32,000 bases of DNA from Kineococcus radiotolerans SRS30216 = ATCC BAA-149 (GTDB lineage Bacteria > Actinomycetota > Actinomycetes > Actinomycetales > Kineococcaceae): the NCBI RefSeq assembly GCF_000017305.1, contig NC_009664.2:2130001-2162000 (forward strand). Reading direction: 5' to 3'. Every line of letters begins with the position of its first letter. Position 1 is the stretch's first letter. A program made the position numbers and the translations under genes. Of the stretch, positions 22,982 to 30,512 are shown in pieces. The notes beneath the pieces are model-generated. The model was not told the origin of the DNA. It was given only the letters and a program-made list of their open reading frames with translations, and made no database searches.

Positions 22982-25033
22982 GCGCAGCTCGGCGGGCAGG
23001 TCCCGCGCGTGCAGCACCACCATGGCGGTGACGGCGCGGGTGAGGCAGACGTAGAGCCGGCGCAGGCCGGTGCGCTCGTCGGGTTCGGCGTCGACGACGT
23101 CGGCGGGTTCCACGACGACGACGCGGTCGAACTCCAGGCCCTTGACCAGCCCGGCGGGGACGAGGGAGACGCGCTGCTGGACCTCGCCCTCGGCGAGGGC
23201 GTCGAGGCGGGAGAACCCGGTCCCGGCCGCGGTGAGGGCCGCTGCGGCCGCGTCGACGGAGCCCGCGGCGACGACGACCCCGACGGAACCCTCCTCGCCG
23301 AGGAGTTCCGCGGCGACGGCCGCCGCCCGCGCGAGCGGGTCCCCGACCCGCACGACGTCGAGGTGCCCGGGGTCCTCGCGGACGGAGGTGGGGACGCCGA
23401 GGTCGGGGGCGATGCGCGGCAGCAGCCGCGCCGCGTAGTCGATGACCGCGGAGGGGACGCGGAAACCCCGGTCGAGGACCTCGAGGTCCCCGTCGGGCTT
23501 CCCGAGGTGGACCAGCACGTCGTCCCAGCTGCGGGCCGACCACGGCGTGGTGCCCTGGGCGATGTCGCCGAGGACGGTCGCGGCGCCGGTGCTGCAGCGG
23601 CGCCCGACCGCGCGCAGCTGCATCGCCGAGAGGTCCTGCGCTTCGTCGAGCACGACGTGGGCGCGGGACCGGGTGCGCTGCAACTGGTCGGAGATCTCGT
23701 CGAGGAGCGCCCCGTCGGCCTCCGTCCACCTCGCCGTCCCCGCCGTCCGCGGGGGTCGCGGCCACAGCAGCAGCTCGCGCTCGGCGCCGGTGAGCAGGTC
23801 CCGGGAACTGCGCTCCAGGAACTCCCGGTCCGACAGCAGCCGCCACAGCACCTTCGCGGCGTCCTGCGCGGGGACGAGCGCCTTGACCGCCGCGCGGACC
23901 TCGGCGCTGCGCGCGACGGCGTCCTGGACGACGTCGTCGGGGGAGTCCCCGGCCGCCTCGAACAGCTGCAGGACGGCGTGGGCCAGGCGCTGCGGCAGCA
24001 GGGCGCGGGCCGCCTCGTAGCGGATCCCGCGGGTGGTGAGCTCGTCGAGGAGGTCGCGGACCAGGTACCCCGGGACCCGCCAGCGACGCGTCCCGCGGGT
24101 GAGCACGAGGGCCCCGCCCTCCAGGACCTGCGCGGGGTCGCCGACGGCGGCCCACACGGCGCGGCGCACCACCTCGGCCATCCGCTCGTCGCCCTTGAGG
24201 GTCGCCACGGCGGCGGGTTCCTCGCCCCGCACCCGGACCTCCTTGCGCCCCTCGGCGGCGACGGTCACCAGTTCGGTGACGGTGCGCTGCTCGACCTCGA
24301 CCTCCCCCAGGGCGGGCAGGACGGCGGAGATGTGGGAGAGGAAGGCCCGGTTGGGCCCGATGACCAGCACGCCCTGGCGGGTCAGCCGCTCGCGGTGGGC
24401 GTAGAGCAGCCAGGCCGCGCGGTGCAGGCCGACGGCGGTCTTGCCCGTGCCCGGCGCCCCCTGGACGCACACGGTGGTCTGGGCGTCGGCGCGCACCAGG
24501 GCGTCCTGCTCGGGCTGGATGGTGGCGACGATGTCGCGCATGGGCCCGGAGCGGGGGCGTTCGATCTCGCGGGCCAGGATCGCGCTGACCCCGGACTCCT
24601 CGACGCCGGAGTCGTCGCGCTCGACGAGGTGCTCGTCCTCGTAGGCCGTCAGCCGGCCCTCCTCGACGCCGAAGCGGCGCCGCAGCCGCACCCCGCCGCG
24701 GTCGTCGCGGGTGGCGCGGTAGAACCCGCGGGCGACGTCGGCGCGCCAGTCCAGGACGACGGGGTCGCCGGCGGCGTCGGTGACGTGGCGCCGGCCGATG
24801 TGGTGGCGCTGGCCGTCGTCGTGGTCGGTGCGGCCGAAGAAGAGCGTGGTGGACGGGTCGTCGAGCAGACCGGCGGCGCGGCGGTGCAGGGCGTGGGCCA
24901 GCGCCTCGTCGGCGAGGGCGTCGCCGCCGTCGGGGACGAGGGACAGCGTGTGCTCGCGCATGCGGGTCAGTTCCGCGCGGGCGCGGTCGAGGTGGCGCTG
25001 TTCGGCGGCGAGGACGCCGTCGGGGTCGGACAC
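22979..25033 (-). CDS. HelD/HelR-like UvrD-family (SF1) ATPase, an RNA-polymerase-associated helicase-like protein
   Basis: This is the C-terminal 684 aa of track ORF 22979..25546. GTG 25033 is preceded by GGAGGAACCC. The N-terminal helical segment is AAEQRHLDRARAELTRMREHT, followed by ...LFFGRTDHDD...HIGRRHV...VLDWRADVARGFY, Walker A CVQGAPGTGKTAVGLHRAAWLLY, VLDEAQDLS (motif II) and a C-terminal GLEFDRVVVV...LYVCLTRA. This order is characteristic of actinobacterial HelD. Confidence 0.85.
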   Translation of the reverse strand: MSDPDGVLAAEQRHLDRARAELTRMREHTLSLVPDGGDALADEALAHALHRRAAGLLDDPSTTLFFGRTDHDDGQRHHIGRRHVTDAAGDPVVLDWRADVARGFYRATRDDRGGVRLRRRFGVEEGRLTAYEDEHLVERDDSGVEESGVSAILAREIERPRSGPMRDIVATIQPEQDALVRADAQTTVCVQGAPGTGKTAVGLHRAAWLLYAHRERLTRQGVLVIGPNRAFLSHISAVLPALGEVEVEQRTVTELVTVAAEGRKEVRVRGEEPAAVATLKGDERMAEVVRRAVWAAVGDPAQVLEGGALVLTRGTRRWRVPGYLVRDLLDELTTRGIRYEAARALLPQRLAHAVLQLFEAAGDSPDDVVQDAVARSAEVRAAVKALVPAQDAAKVLWRLLSDREFLERSSRDLLTGAERELLLWPRPPRTAGTARWTEADGALLDEISDQLQRTRSRAHVVLDEAQDLSAMQLRAVGRRCSTGAATVLGDIAQGTTPWSARSWDDVLVHLGKPDGDLEVLDRGFRVPSAVIDYAARLLPRIAPDLGVPTSVREDPGHLDVVRVGDPLARAAAVAAELLGEEGSVGVVVAAGSVDAAAAALTAAGTGFSRLDALAEGEVQQRVSLVPAGLVKGLEFDRVVVVEPADVVDAEPDERTGLRRLYVCLTRAVTAMVVLHARDLPAELR

Positions 25034-25186
25034 GGGTTCCTCCAGGGGTTCGGCCCGGTCGTGCGAGCCGACCGATTCTGCCGGAACCGGCGCGCGGGAG
25101 CGACGTCGCGCGCGGCGTCCGCCGGCGGGGGGCCTCCGCGGCCGGGGCGGGGGGAACCGCCACCGGGCCCGGGGCGTCGTACCCGG

Positions 25187-25702
25187 GTGACCGCACGCAG
25201 GAGCGCCCGCCCGTCCGGACCGGCAGCACGCGGTGGCCCCGCCGCCCTCGCGCTGGCCGCTCTCGCGGTGCTCGGCGGCTGCGGCGGGCAGCAGGCGGGC
25301 GGTTCGGCGGCGAGCGGCCCGGCCCCCGCCGCGAGCGCGGCCCCCGCGCAGGGGTCGCTGACCGTGGAGCTGGACCCCGACGGCCCCGGGGGCGCGGACG
25401 CCCCCCGGACCTGGGACCTGTCCTGCTCCCCCGGCGGTGCCGTCGCCGGGGACCACCCCGACGCCGCGGCCGCCTGCGCCGCGCTGGCCGCGGCGGGGGA
25501 CCCGTGGGCGCCGGTGGCCGGGGACACGGCCTGCACGATGGTGCACGGCGGCCCGCAGGTCGCCACCGTCCGCGGGACCTGGGAGGGCGCCGCGGTCGAG
25601 GCCGGTTTCCAGCGCGGTGACGGGTGCGAGATCGCGCGCTGGGACCGGATCGCGCCGGTGCTGGAACCGGGGGCGACCACCCCCACCAACAACTCTCAGT
25701 AA
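25187..25702 (+). CDS. Lipoprotein with a Streptomyces-subtilisin-inhibitor (SSI)-like domain
   Basis: This is the C-terminal 171 aa of track ORF 23009..25702, starting at GTG 25187. The signal and lipobox read TARRSARPSGPAARGGPAALALAALAVLGG|C. The domain reads LTVELDP...RTWDLSCSPGGAVAGDHPDAAAACAALAAAGDPWAPV...ACTMVHGGPQVATVRGTWEGAAVEAGFQRGDGCEIARW, which matches the SSI pattern (LTC.P..G.HP...AC..L; C.M.Y.P....V.G.W.G; CE) with 4 conserved Cys. Confidence 0.8.
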   Translation: MTARRSARPSGPAARGGPAALALAALAVLGGCGGQQAGGSAASGPAPAASAAPAQGSLTVELDPDGPGGADAPRTWDLSCSPGGAVAGDHPDAAAACAALAAAGDPWAPVAGDTACTMVHGGPQVATVRGTWEGAAVEAGFQRGDGCEIARWDRIAPVLEPGATTPTNNSQ

Positions 25703-25893
25703 TTAATCGCCACCCTGGGTAGCCAAACCGGGGGCGGCAGGGCATCGTGTCCTCGGACGGCCTCAGAAAACGGCGACCGGCACCCATCCACGACGGGGTC
25801 GGCCCCGAACTGGTGGTGTCCGATGACGACGACGTGACACCTGCCGCGTCGAGCCACGGTGCCGACGACGGCACCCCGACTCAAAGGCTGCCC

Positions 25894-26826
25894 ATGTTCA
25901 AGAAGTCCCTCCTCGTCGACATGATCAACCGCAGTTCCGAGACCCCCGCCGACCGCCGGAACTTCCTGCGCGGGATGGGCCTGCTCTCCGCGGGCACCGT
26001 CGGCGCCGGTCTGGTGGGAACCTCCCTCGCCGCCCCGGCCGAGGCCGCCGACGCCGCCCCCAGCGAGGTCAGCGTCCTCAACTTCGCCCTGAACCTGGAG
26101 TACCTGGAGGCGGAGTTCTACTGCTTCGCCGCCTACGGACACGGCCTGGCCGAGGCCATGGCCACCGGCACCGGCACCATGGGCGGGGTCACCGGCGGGC
26201 ACCGCGTCCCGTTCAAGAGCAAGGCCATGCGGTACTACGCCGAGGAGATCGCCAACGACGAGATCGCGCACGTGAAGTTCCTGCGCAGCGCCCTCGGCGC
26301 CGGCGCGGTCTCCCGCCCGGCCATCGACCTGCAGAGCTCCTTCACCGGCGCGGCCGTCGCGGCCGGGGTCATCGAGCAGGGGCAGACGTTCGACCCGTTC
26401 TCCTCCGAGGAGTTCTTCCTCCTCGGCGCGTTCCTCTTCGAGGACGTCGGGGTCACCGCCTACAAGGGTGCCGCCCCGCTGATCACCAACAAGACCTATC
26501 TCGAGGCCGCCGCCGGCATCCTCGCCGTCGAGGCCTACCACTCCGGCATCGTGCGCACCCTGCTGTACCAGAACGGCCTGGCCGCGCCGACGAACCTCAT
26601 CTCCGCCGCCCGCGACTCCCTCGACGGGTCCGCGGCGTCCAAGGACCAGGGCATCACCACCGGCGCCTCCGGCCGCGCGAACCTCGTCGCCGCCGACAAG
26701 GACGCCATCGCGTTCAGCCGCACCCCGCAGGAAGTCCTCAACATCGTGTACCTGACCGCGGGCGCCGGCGTCAGCAAGGGCGGGTTCTACCCGAACGGCC
26801 TCAACGGCGAGATCAAGACCAGCTGA
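25894..26826 (+). CDS. Tat-exported ferritin-like domain protein (Ferritin_2 / plant desiccation-related-protein-type family)
   Basis: Track ORF is 25747..26826. The start is set at ATG 25894, with ATG 25921 also possible. It reads MFKKSLLVDMINRSSETPADRRNFLRGMGLLSAGTVGAGLVGTSLAAPAEA, a twin-arginine signal with an AxA cleavage site. This is followed by SEVSVLNFALNLEYLEAEFYCFAAYG...EEIANDEIAHVKFLRSAL...FLLGAFLFEDVGVTAYKGAAP...ILAVEAYHSGIVR, the paired E..E/H ferritin-like helices. Confidence 0.85.
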   Translation: MFKKSLLVDMINRSSETPADRRNFLRGMGLLSAGTVGAGLVGTSLAAPAEAADAAPSEVSVLNFALNLEYLEAEFYCFAAYGHGLAEAMATGTGTMGGVTGGHRVPFKSKAMRYYAEEIANDEIAHVKFLRSALGAGAVSRPAIDLQSSFTGAAVAAGVIEQGQTFDPFSSEEFFLLGAFLFEDVGVTAYKGAAPLITNKTYLEAAAGILAVEAYHSGIVRTLLYQNGLAAPTNLISAARDSLDGSAASKDQGITTGASGRANLVAADKDAIAFSRTPQEVLNIVYLTAGAGVSKGGFYPNGLNGEIKTS

Positions 26827-26854
26827 CCCCCCTTCGAACAGGAAGAAGAACCCC

Positions 26855-27883
26855 GTGAAGAAGTCCCTCGCCACCACCGGTGTCGCCGTCCTCGTCGGCC
26901 TCGGGACGATCGGTGCCGCTCTGCCGGCGCAGGCCGCCCCCGGTTTCGCCTTCGACCAGCGCATCTCCGGAGCCGACCGCTTCGAGACCGCCGTGGCCGC
27001 CTCGAAGCTCCTCTACCCCGTCGACGACAGCGCCACCGACGCCGTCGTCGTCAACGGCTACGCGACCGTCGACGGCCTCACCGCCTCCTACCTCGCCGGT
27101 CTGCGCTCCGCGCCGATCCTCTACACCGACACCAACTCCGTGCCGGCCTCCACCCAGGCCGAGCTGGACCGCCTCGGGGTCACCGACGTCTGGATCGTCG
27201 GGGGCACCGACCGCGTCTCGCAGGGCCAGGAGGACGCCTGGGACGCGGCGGGCGTCACCGTCCACCGCCTCGCCGGCGCCGACCGCTACGCCACGGCGGC
27301 CCTGGTCGCGCAGGCCGACGACTCCGGGGACGCCCCGGAGCAGGTGTTCGTCGCCAGCGGCACCGCGACCGCGGACGCCCTCGCCGCCGGCCCGGTCGCC
27401 TGGGCCCGCAACTACCCGATCCTGCTCACCCAGGCCGGGTCCGTCCCCGCCGCCACGACGGACGCCCTCGCGAAGCTGGGGACGACGAACCGCGTCGTGC
27501 TGGGCAGCGCGAACTCGGTCTCCGACGCGGTGTACGCCCAGGTGAAGGGCACCGAGCGCCTCGGCGGGGTGAACCGCCAGGAGACGGCGACGAAGATCGC
27601 CGACGACGTCATCGCCAACGACAACTTCGACTCCCAGAGCGTCGCGCTCGTCGGCGGGACGGACGCCACCGCGGCCGACGCGCTGTCGGCCGCCCCGGTC
27701 GCCGGAGCGGGCGGGGTGCCGCTGGTCTTCCTCGGGTTCGACGGGGGGCTGGGCGAGAGCACCGGCGCCTACCTGACGGCGAAGAAGGCGAACTACACCG
27801 CCGCGGGTGACGGCTGGGTCTTCGGCGGGGAACCGTCGGTGAAGCAGTCCACCGTGGCCGCGGCGACGGCCGCCGTCCAGTAG
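26855..27883 (+). CDS. Secreted protein made only of three cell-wall-binding repeat 2 (CWB2) modules
   Basis: Track ORF of 342 aa with a GTG start. The Sec signal is MKKSLATTGVAVLVGLGTIGAALPAQA. Three internal repeats of about 100 aa begin with GADRFETAVAAS, GADRYATAALVA and GVNRQETATKIA. Each is followed by (V/F)V(N/A/G)G...ADAL(T/A)A.P.A......P(I/L)(L/V) and a ...VVLGG/IVGG-type strand. It starts 28 nt after the ferritin-like gene. Confidence 0.85.
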   Translation: MKKSLATTGVAVLVGLGTIGAALPAQAAPGFAFDQRISGADRFETAVAASKLLYPVDDSATDAVVVNGYATVDGLTASYLAGLRSAPILYTDTNSVPASTQAELDRLGVTDVWIVGGTDRVSQGQEDAWDAAGVTVHRLAGADRYATAALVAQADDSGDAPEQVFVASGTATADALAAGPVAWARNYPILLTQAGSVPAATTDALAKLGTTNRVVLGSANSVSDAVYAQVKGTERLGGVNRQETATKIADDVIANDNFDSQSVALVGGTDATAADALSAAPVAGAGGVPLVFLGFDGGLGESTGAYLTAKKANYTAAGDGWVFGGEPSVKQSTVAAATAAVQ

Positions 27884-27894
27884 CAGCACCGGTT

Positions 27895-27926
27895 CGGCCG
27901 GTGGTCCCCCCGGGGACCACCGGCCG
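27895..27926. terminator. Bidirectional hairpin between convergent genes; contains palindromic element copy B (CCGGTGGTC-N8-GACCACCGG)
   Basis: cggccggtggtccc-cccg-gggaccaccggccg, a 14-bp perfect stem. It lies 12 nt after the plus-strand stop (27883) and 7 nt before the minus-strand stop (27933). Confidence 0.6.
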
Positions 27927-27932
27927 GCGGGT

Positions 27933-29393
27933 TCAGCGGGCGACGACCCGCAGGGTCTCCACCGAACCGTCGGCGGCGTCGGGGACGAGCATCCCGGCCG
28001 CGACGCCGGAGCGCAGGTAGTCCACGACCTCGGCGCCGACGACCTCGCCCGGCGTGAGCACCGGGACCCCCGGCGGGTAGGGGCTCACGACCTCGGCGGC
28101 GATGCGGCCGACGGCCTCCGCGGCCGGGACCTGCTCGGTGGGTCCGAAGAACGCGTCGCGGGGCAGCATCGCGTTCTCCAGCTCCAGCGCCCCCGGGCGC
28201 GGCAGGTCCACCGGCGGTTGGCGCTCCAGGTCGCCGCTCTCGGCGGCCAGGCGCCGCAGGGACTCCAGCAGCCGCTCCAGCCGGGCGTCGTCGTCGGCGT
28301 ACGTCAGGCGCGCCCCGATGCGGCGGGTGTCGGCGGAACCGATGTCGACCTGGCACGCCGACCGCAGCCAGTCCCCGGCCTGGAACCCGGTGATGCCCAG
28401 CCCGCGCACGTCGACGGTCACGGCGAAGGGGTCCAGCTCGAACGCACCCCCGGCGCCGAGGACCTCCTCCCCCAGGACGTCCAGGCCCTCGATCCCGCCG
28501 ACCGCGGCCCGCAGCCGCCGGGTGCGTTCCAGCGCGGCGCCGAGGAGTTCCCGGCCCTGCTCCACCATCTGCCGGCGCCACCCGTCGAGGCTGGCGTAGA
28601 CCAGCGGGGAGGAACTCGTCGTCCCCAGCAGGTCCTCGCGCGCGGAGAGGACGTCGGGGTCGATGCGGTCGCCCTTGAGGTGGAAGACGGAGCTCTGCTC
28701 GATCGCCCCGCCCATCTTGTGGACGCTGGTGACGACGAGGTCGGCGCCGACGTTCATCCCCCACTCGGGCAGGTCGGGGTGGAAGGGCAGGTGCGCCCCC
28801 CACGCCTCGTCGACGATGAGGGGGACGCCGAACTCGTGGCAGACCTCGGCGACGCCGCCGATGTCGGCGCAGGTGCCCCAGTCGGTGGGCGAGATGAGCA
28901 GCATCCCCTTGGCGTCGGGGTTGGCCCGCAGCGCGGCGCGGACGTCGGCGGGCTCCGGCGGGTGCGCGAGGTGGCGCTCGGGGTCGAAGTGCGGGTGCAC
29001 CCAGACGGGGTCGATGCCGGAGATGATGACGCCGGCGATGACGGACTTGTGCGCGTTGCGCGAGACCAGCAGCTTCTCCCCCGGCCCGGCGACGGAGATC
29101 ATCGCGGACTTGACCGACAGCGAGCTGCCGCAGGTGGAGAAGAACGCCCGGTCGGCCCCGACGGCGTCGGCCATGAGCTCCTCGGCCTGGCTGACGACGC
29201 CCTGCGACTCCCGGCGGTCGTCGAGGCCGTTGAGGGTGAGGATGTCCGCGGCGAAGGTTCCCCGGCCCAGGACGGCGAGGACCCGGGGGTCCACCCCGAG
29301 ACCCTGGCGGTGCCCGGGAGGACCGAACACCACGTCGCCTCGGGCGTGGAAGGCCTCGATCGCCTCCAGGACGGGGGTGCGGGAGTGGTCCAT
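27933..29393 (-). CDS. PLP-dependent Orn/Lys/Arg decarboxylase-family enzyme (OKR_DC_1 major domain type)
   Basis: Track ORF of 486 aa with an ATG start. It reads TPVLEAIEAFHARGDVVFGPPGHRQG...FFSTCGSSLSVKSAMISV...VSRNAHKSVIAGVIISG...LLISPTDWGTCADI...IVDEAWGAHLPFHP...VVTSVHKMGGAIEQSS. The SxHK PLP-lysine motif is present. The length is similar to Bacillus SpeA/YaaO-type enzymes. Confidence 0.88.
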   Translation of the reverse strand: MDHSRTPVLEAIEAFHARGDVVFGPPGHRQGLGVDPRVLAVLGRGTFAADILTLNGLDDRRESQGVVSQAEELMADAVGADRAFFSTCGSSLSVKSAMISVAGPGEKLLVSRNAHKSVIAGVIISGIDPVWVHPHFDPERHLAHPPEPADVRAALRANPDAKGMLLISPTDWGTCADIGGVAEVCHEFGVPLIVDEAWGAHLPFHPDLPEWGMNVGADLVVTSVHKMGGAIEQSSVFHLKGDRIDPDVLSAREDLLGTTSSSPLVYASLDGWRRQMVEQGRELLGAALERTRRLRAAVGGIEGLDVLGEEVLGAGGAFELDPFAVTVDVRGLGITGFQAGDWLRSACQVDIGSADTRRIGARLTYADDDARLERLLESLRRLAAESGDLERQPPVDLPRPGALELENAMLPRDAFFGPTEQVPAAEAVGRIAAEVVSPYPPGVPVLTPGEVVGAEVVDYLRSGVAAGMLVPDAADGSVETLRVVAR

Positions 29394-29491
29394 CGCGTGT
29401 CGCTCCGATCTCTCGATCCGCCCGGGGGCGGGGGTCGCTGATCACCTACCCCGAAGTCGCCCGGGCACGCGCCGCGGAGCGCAGGACCGGT

Positions 29492-29866
29492 TCAGGACGC
29501 CTCGGCGGGGCCCCCCGGCAGGCGTCCCCACAGCCGGACGCCGTCGTCCAGGGGCTCCCAGCCCCACGCCGCGGTGAGCTGCGACAGCAGGGCCCGCGTG
29601 TGCTCGCCCAGCTCCACCTGCGAGCGGCCCCGCAGGTCCACGTTCACCACCAGGTGGCCCTCGGCCTCGTCGACCCCGACCGCGGCCGGCACCAGCCCCG
29701 TCCCGGCGCCCTCCAGCAGTTCCGTGGTCACCAGCGCCGCGTCCTCGCCGTGCTGGGCCAGCCCGGCCCGTTCGGCCTGCAGCAGCACGAACCGGCGGAC
29801 CTGCCGCAGCGGTTGCGACTCCCCCAGCAGGTCCAGCCTGATGCTCCCCGACAGCTGCGCGTCCAT
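29492..29866 (-). CDS. Hypothetical 124-aa protein; possible degenerate HATPase_c_2-like (pseudo-kinase) fold
   Basis: This is the C-terminal part of track ORF 29492..30109. ATG 29866 is preceded by GGGAGAGG with a 6-nt spacer. GC3 is very high. The layout LRQVRRFVLLQAERAGL...DAALVTTELLEGAGTG...HLVVNVDLRG...ALLSQLTAAWGWEPLDDGVRLWGRL mimics RsbW-type proteins, but the Asn/His N-box and the GRG G-box are missing. Confidence 0.6.
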   Translation of the reverse strand: MDAQLSGSIRLDLLGESQPLRQVRRFVLLQAERAGLAQHGEDAALVTTELLEGAGTGLVPAAVGVDEAEGHLVVNVDLRGRSQVELGEHTRALLSQLTAAWGWEPLDDGVRLWGRLPGGPAEAS

Positions 29867-29963
29867 GGTCCACCTCTCCCGTCGCGTGCGACGCCCCTGC
29901 TCGACGGTCCTCCCAGCGTGGGTGACCGCTCCCCGACCGGCACCTCGGGGCCCGTCCCGCCGG

Positions 29964-29986
29964 GAACCGGCCCGGTGGGCCGGTTC
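29964..29986 (-). terminator. 9-bp stem / 5-nt loop hairpin abutting the stop of the small membrane-protein ORF
   Basis: gaaccggcc-cggtg-ggccggttc. The arms are exact and overlap the stop codon (29985-29987). Confidence 0.4.
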
Positions 29987-30239
29987 AGGCGGCTTCGTCC
30001 GCGGGCGGCCGTCGGGTGCGGTGCTCGTGCAGGTGCACGACCTCCGCCCCGGGCGCCCGTCGCGCGGCGGCCTCCCGGACCGCCCGCGTCGCGTCGCCGA
30101 ACCGGGCACCGCGCGGGGCGACGAGCAGCTGCCCGTCGCCCCTCCCCTCGCGCGCGGCTCGACCCGCGGCGGCCATGGCGGCGAGAACCGCCGTCCCCAG
30201 CACCACGACCCCCACGAGAATGCCTGCGACGATACCCAT
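29985..30239 (-). CDS. Hypothetical small (84-aa) single-pass membrane protein
   Basis: It lies inside track ORF 29985..30335. ATG 30239 is preceded by GGGAGGGGTGGAG. It reads MGIVAGILVGVVVLGTAVLAAMAAAG (one TM helix), followed by a basic cytoplasmic tail RAAREGRGDGQLLVAPRGARFGD...HLHEHRTRRPP. The coding call rests on the RBS, the TM segment and GC3 only. Confidence 0.45.
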   Translation of the reverse strand: MGIVAGILVGVVVLGTAVLAAMAAAGRAAREGRGDGQLLVAPRGARFGDATRAVREAAARRAPGAEVVHLHEHRTRRPPADEAA

Positions 30240-30512
30240 CTCCACCCCTCCCGCCGACCACCGGACCGAACACCTCGAGCATCGGCGACGCGGCGCGGCC
30301 GGGCATCGGACCGGGGGTGGAACCCGTGCGTCCACCCGGGGGAGGACCTCCTCCGGGAGGACTACGACCGCGTCCCCGGGAGGGGCGCGGGACGGCGGGC
30401 GGGGGTCAGGGCGGCGCTGCGCTGGTTCACCCCCGCAGTGAACCCCCGCCCCATGGGGACGGCACAGGGAGGTCCGGGCGAACTCCCGGGGAACTCGACC
30501 CGAACGCGGGGG

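Noticed and set aside
25034-25186. Rifamycin-associated element (about 19-bp inverted repeat) upstream of the HelD/HelR-like gene
   Set aside because: Only a 10-nt palindrome (gcgacgtcgc) and a 6-bp hairpin are present. I see no long inverted repeat, and I cannot recall the RAE consensus precisely enough to claim a match.
22941-25874. The 977-aa minus-strand ORF overlapping the helD-like gene
   Set aside because: It is an out-of-frame RPGA-rich artefact. The HelD-like frame (22979..25033) carries Walker A/B and UvrD C-terminal motifs.
25747-25893. GTG 25747 as the start of the ferritin-like gene
   Set aside because: It would put about 60 aa (VSSDGLRKRRPAPIHDG...) ahead of the Tat RR motif. 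The region has lower GC and poor codon bias. ATG 25894 gives a standard-length Tat signal.
27733-27745. tRNA-like GGTTCGA T-loop strings (for example at about 27733, 2055 and 6230)
   Set aside because: They lack the full GGTTCGAATCC context and any acceptor or anticodon stem pairing. Two of the three (about 27733 and 6230) lie inside well-supported CDSs, and about 2055 is in the Lrp-phosphatase intergenic region.
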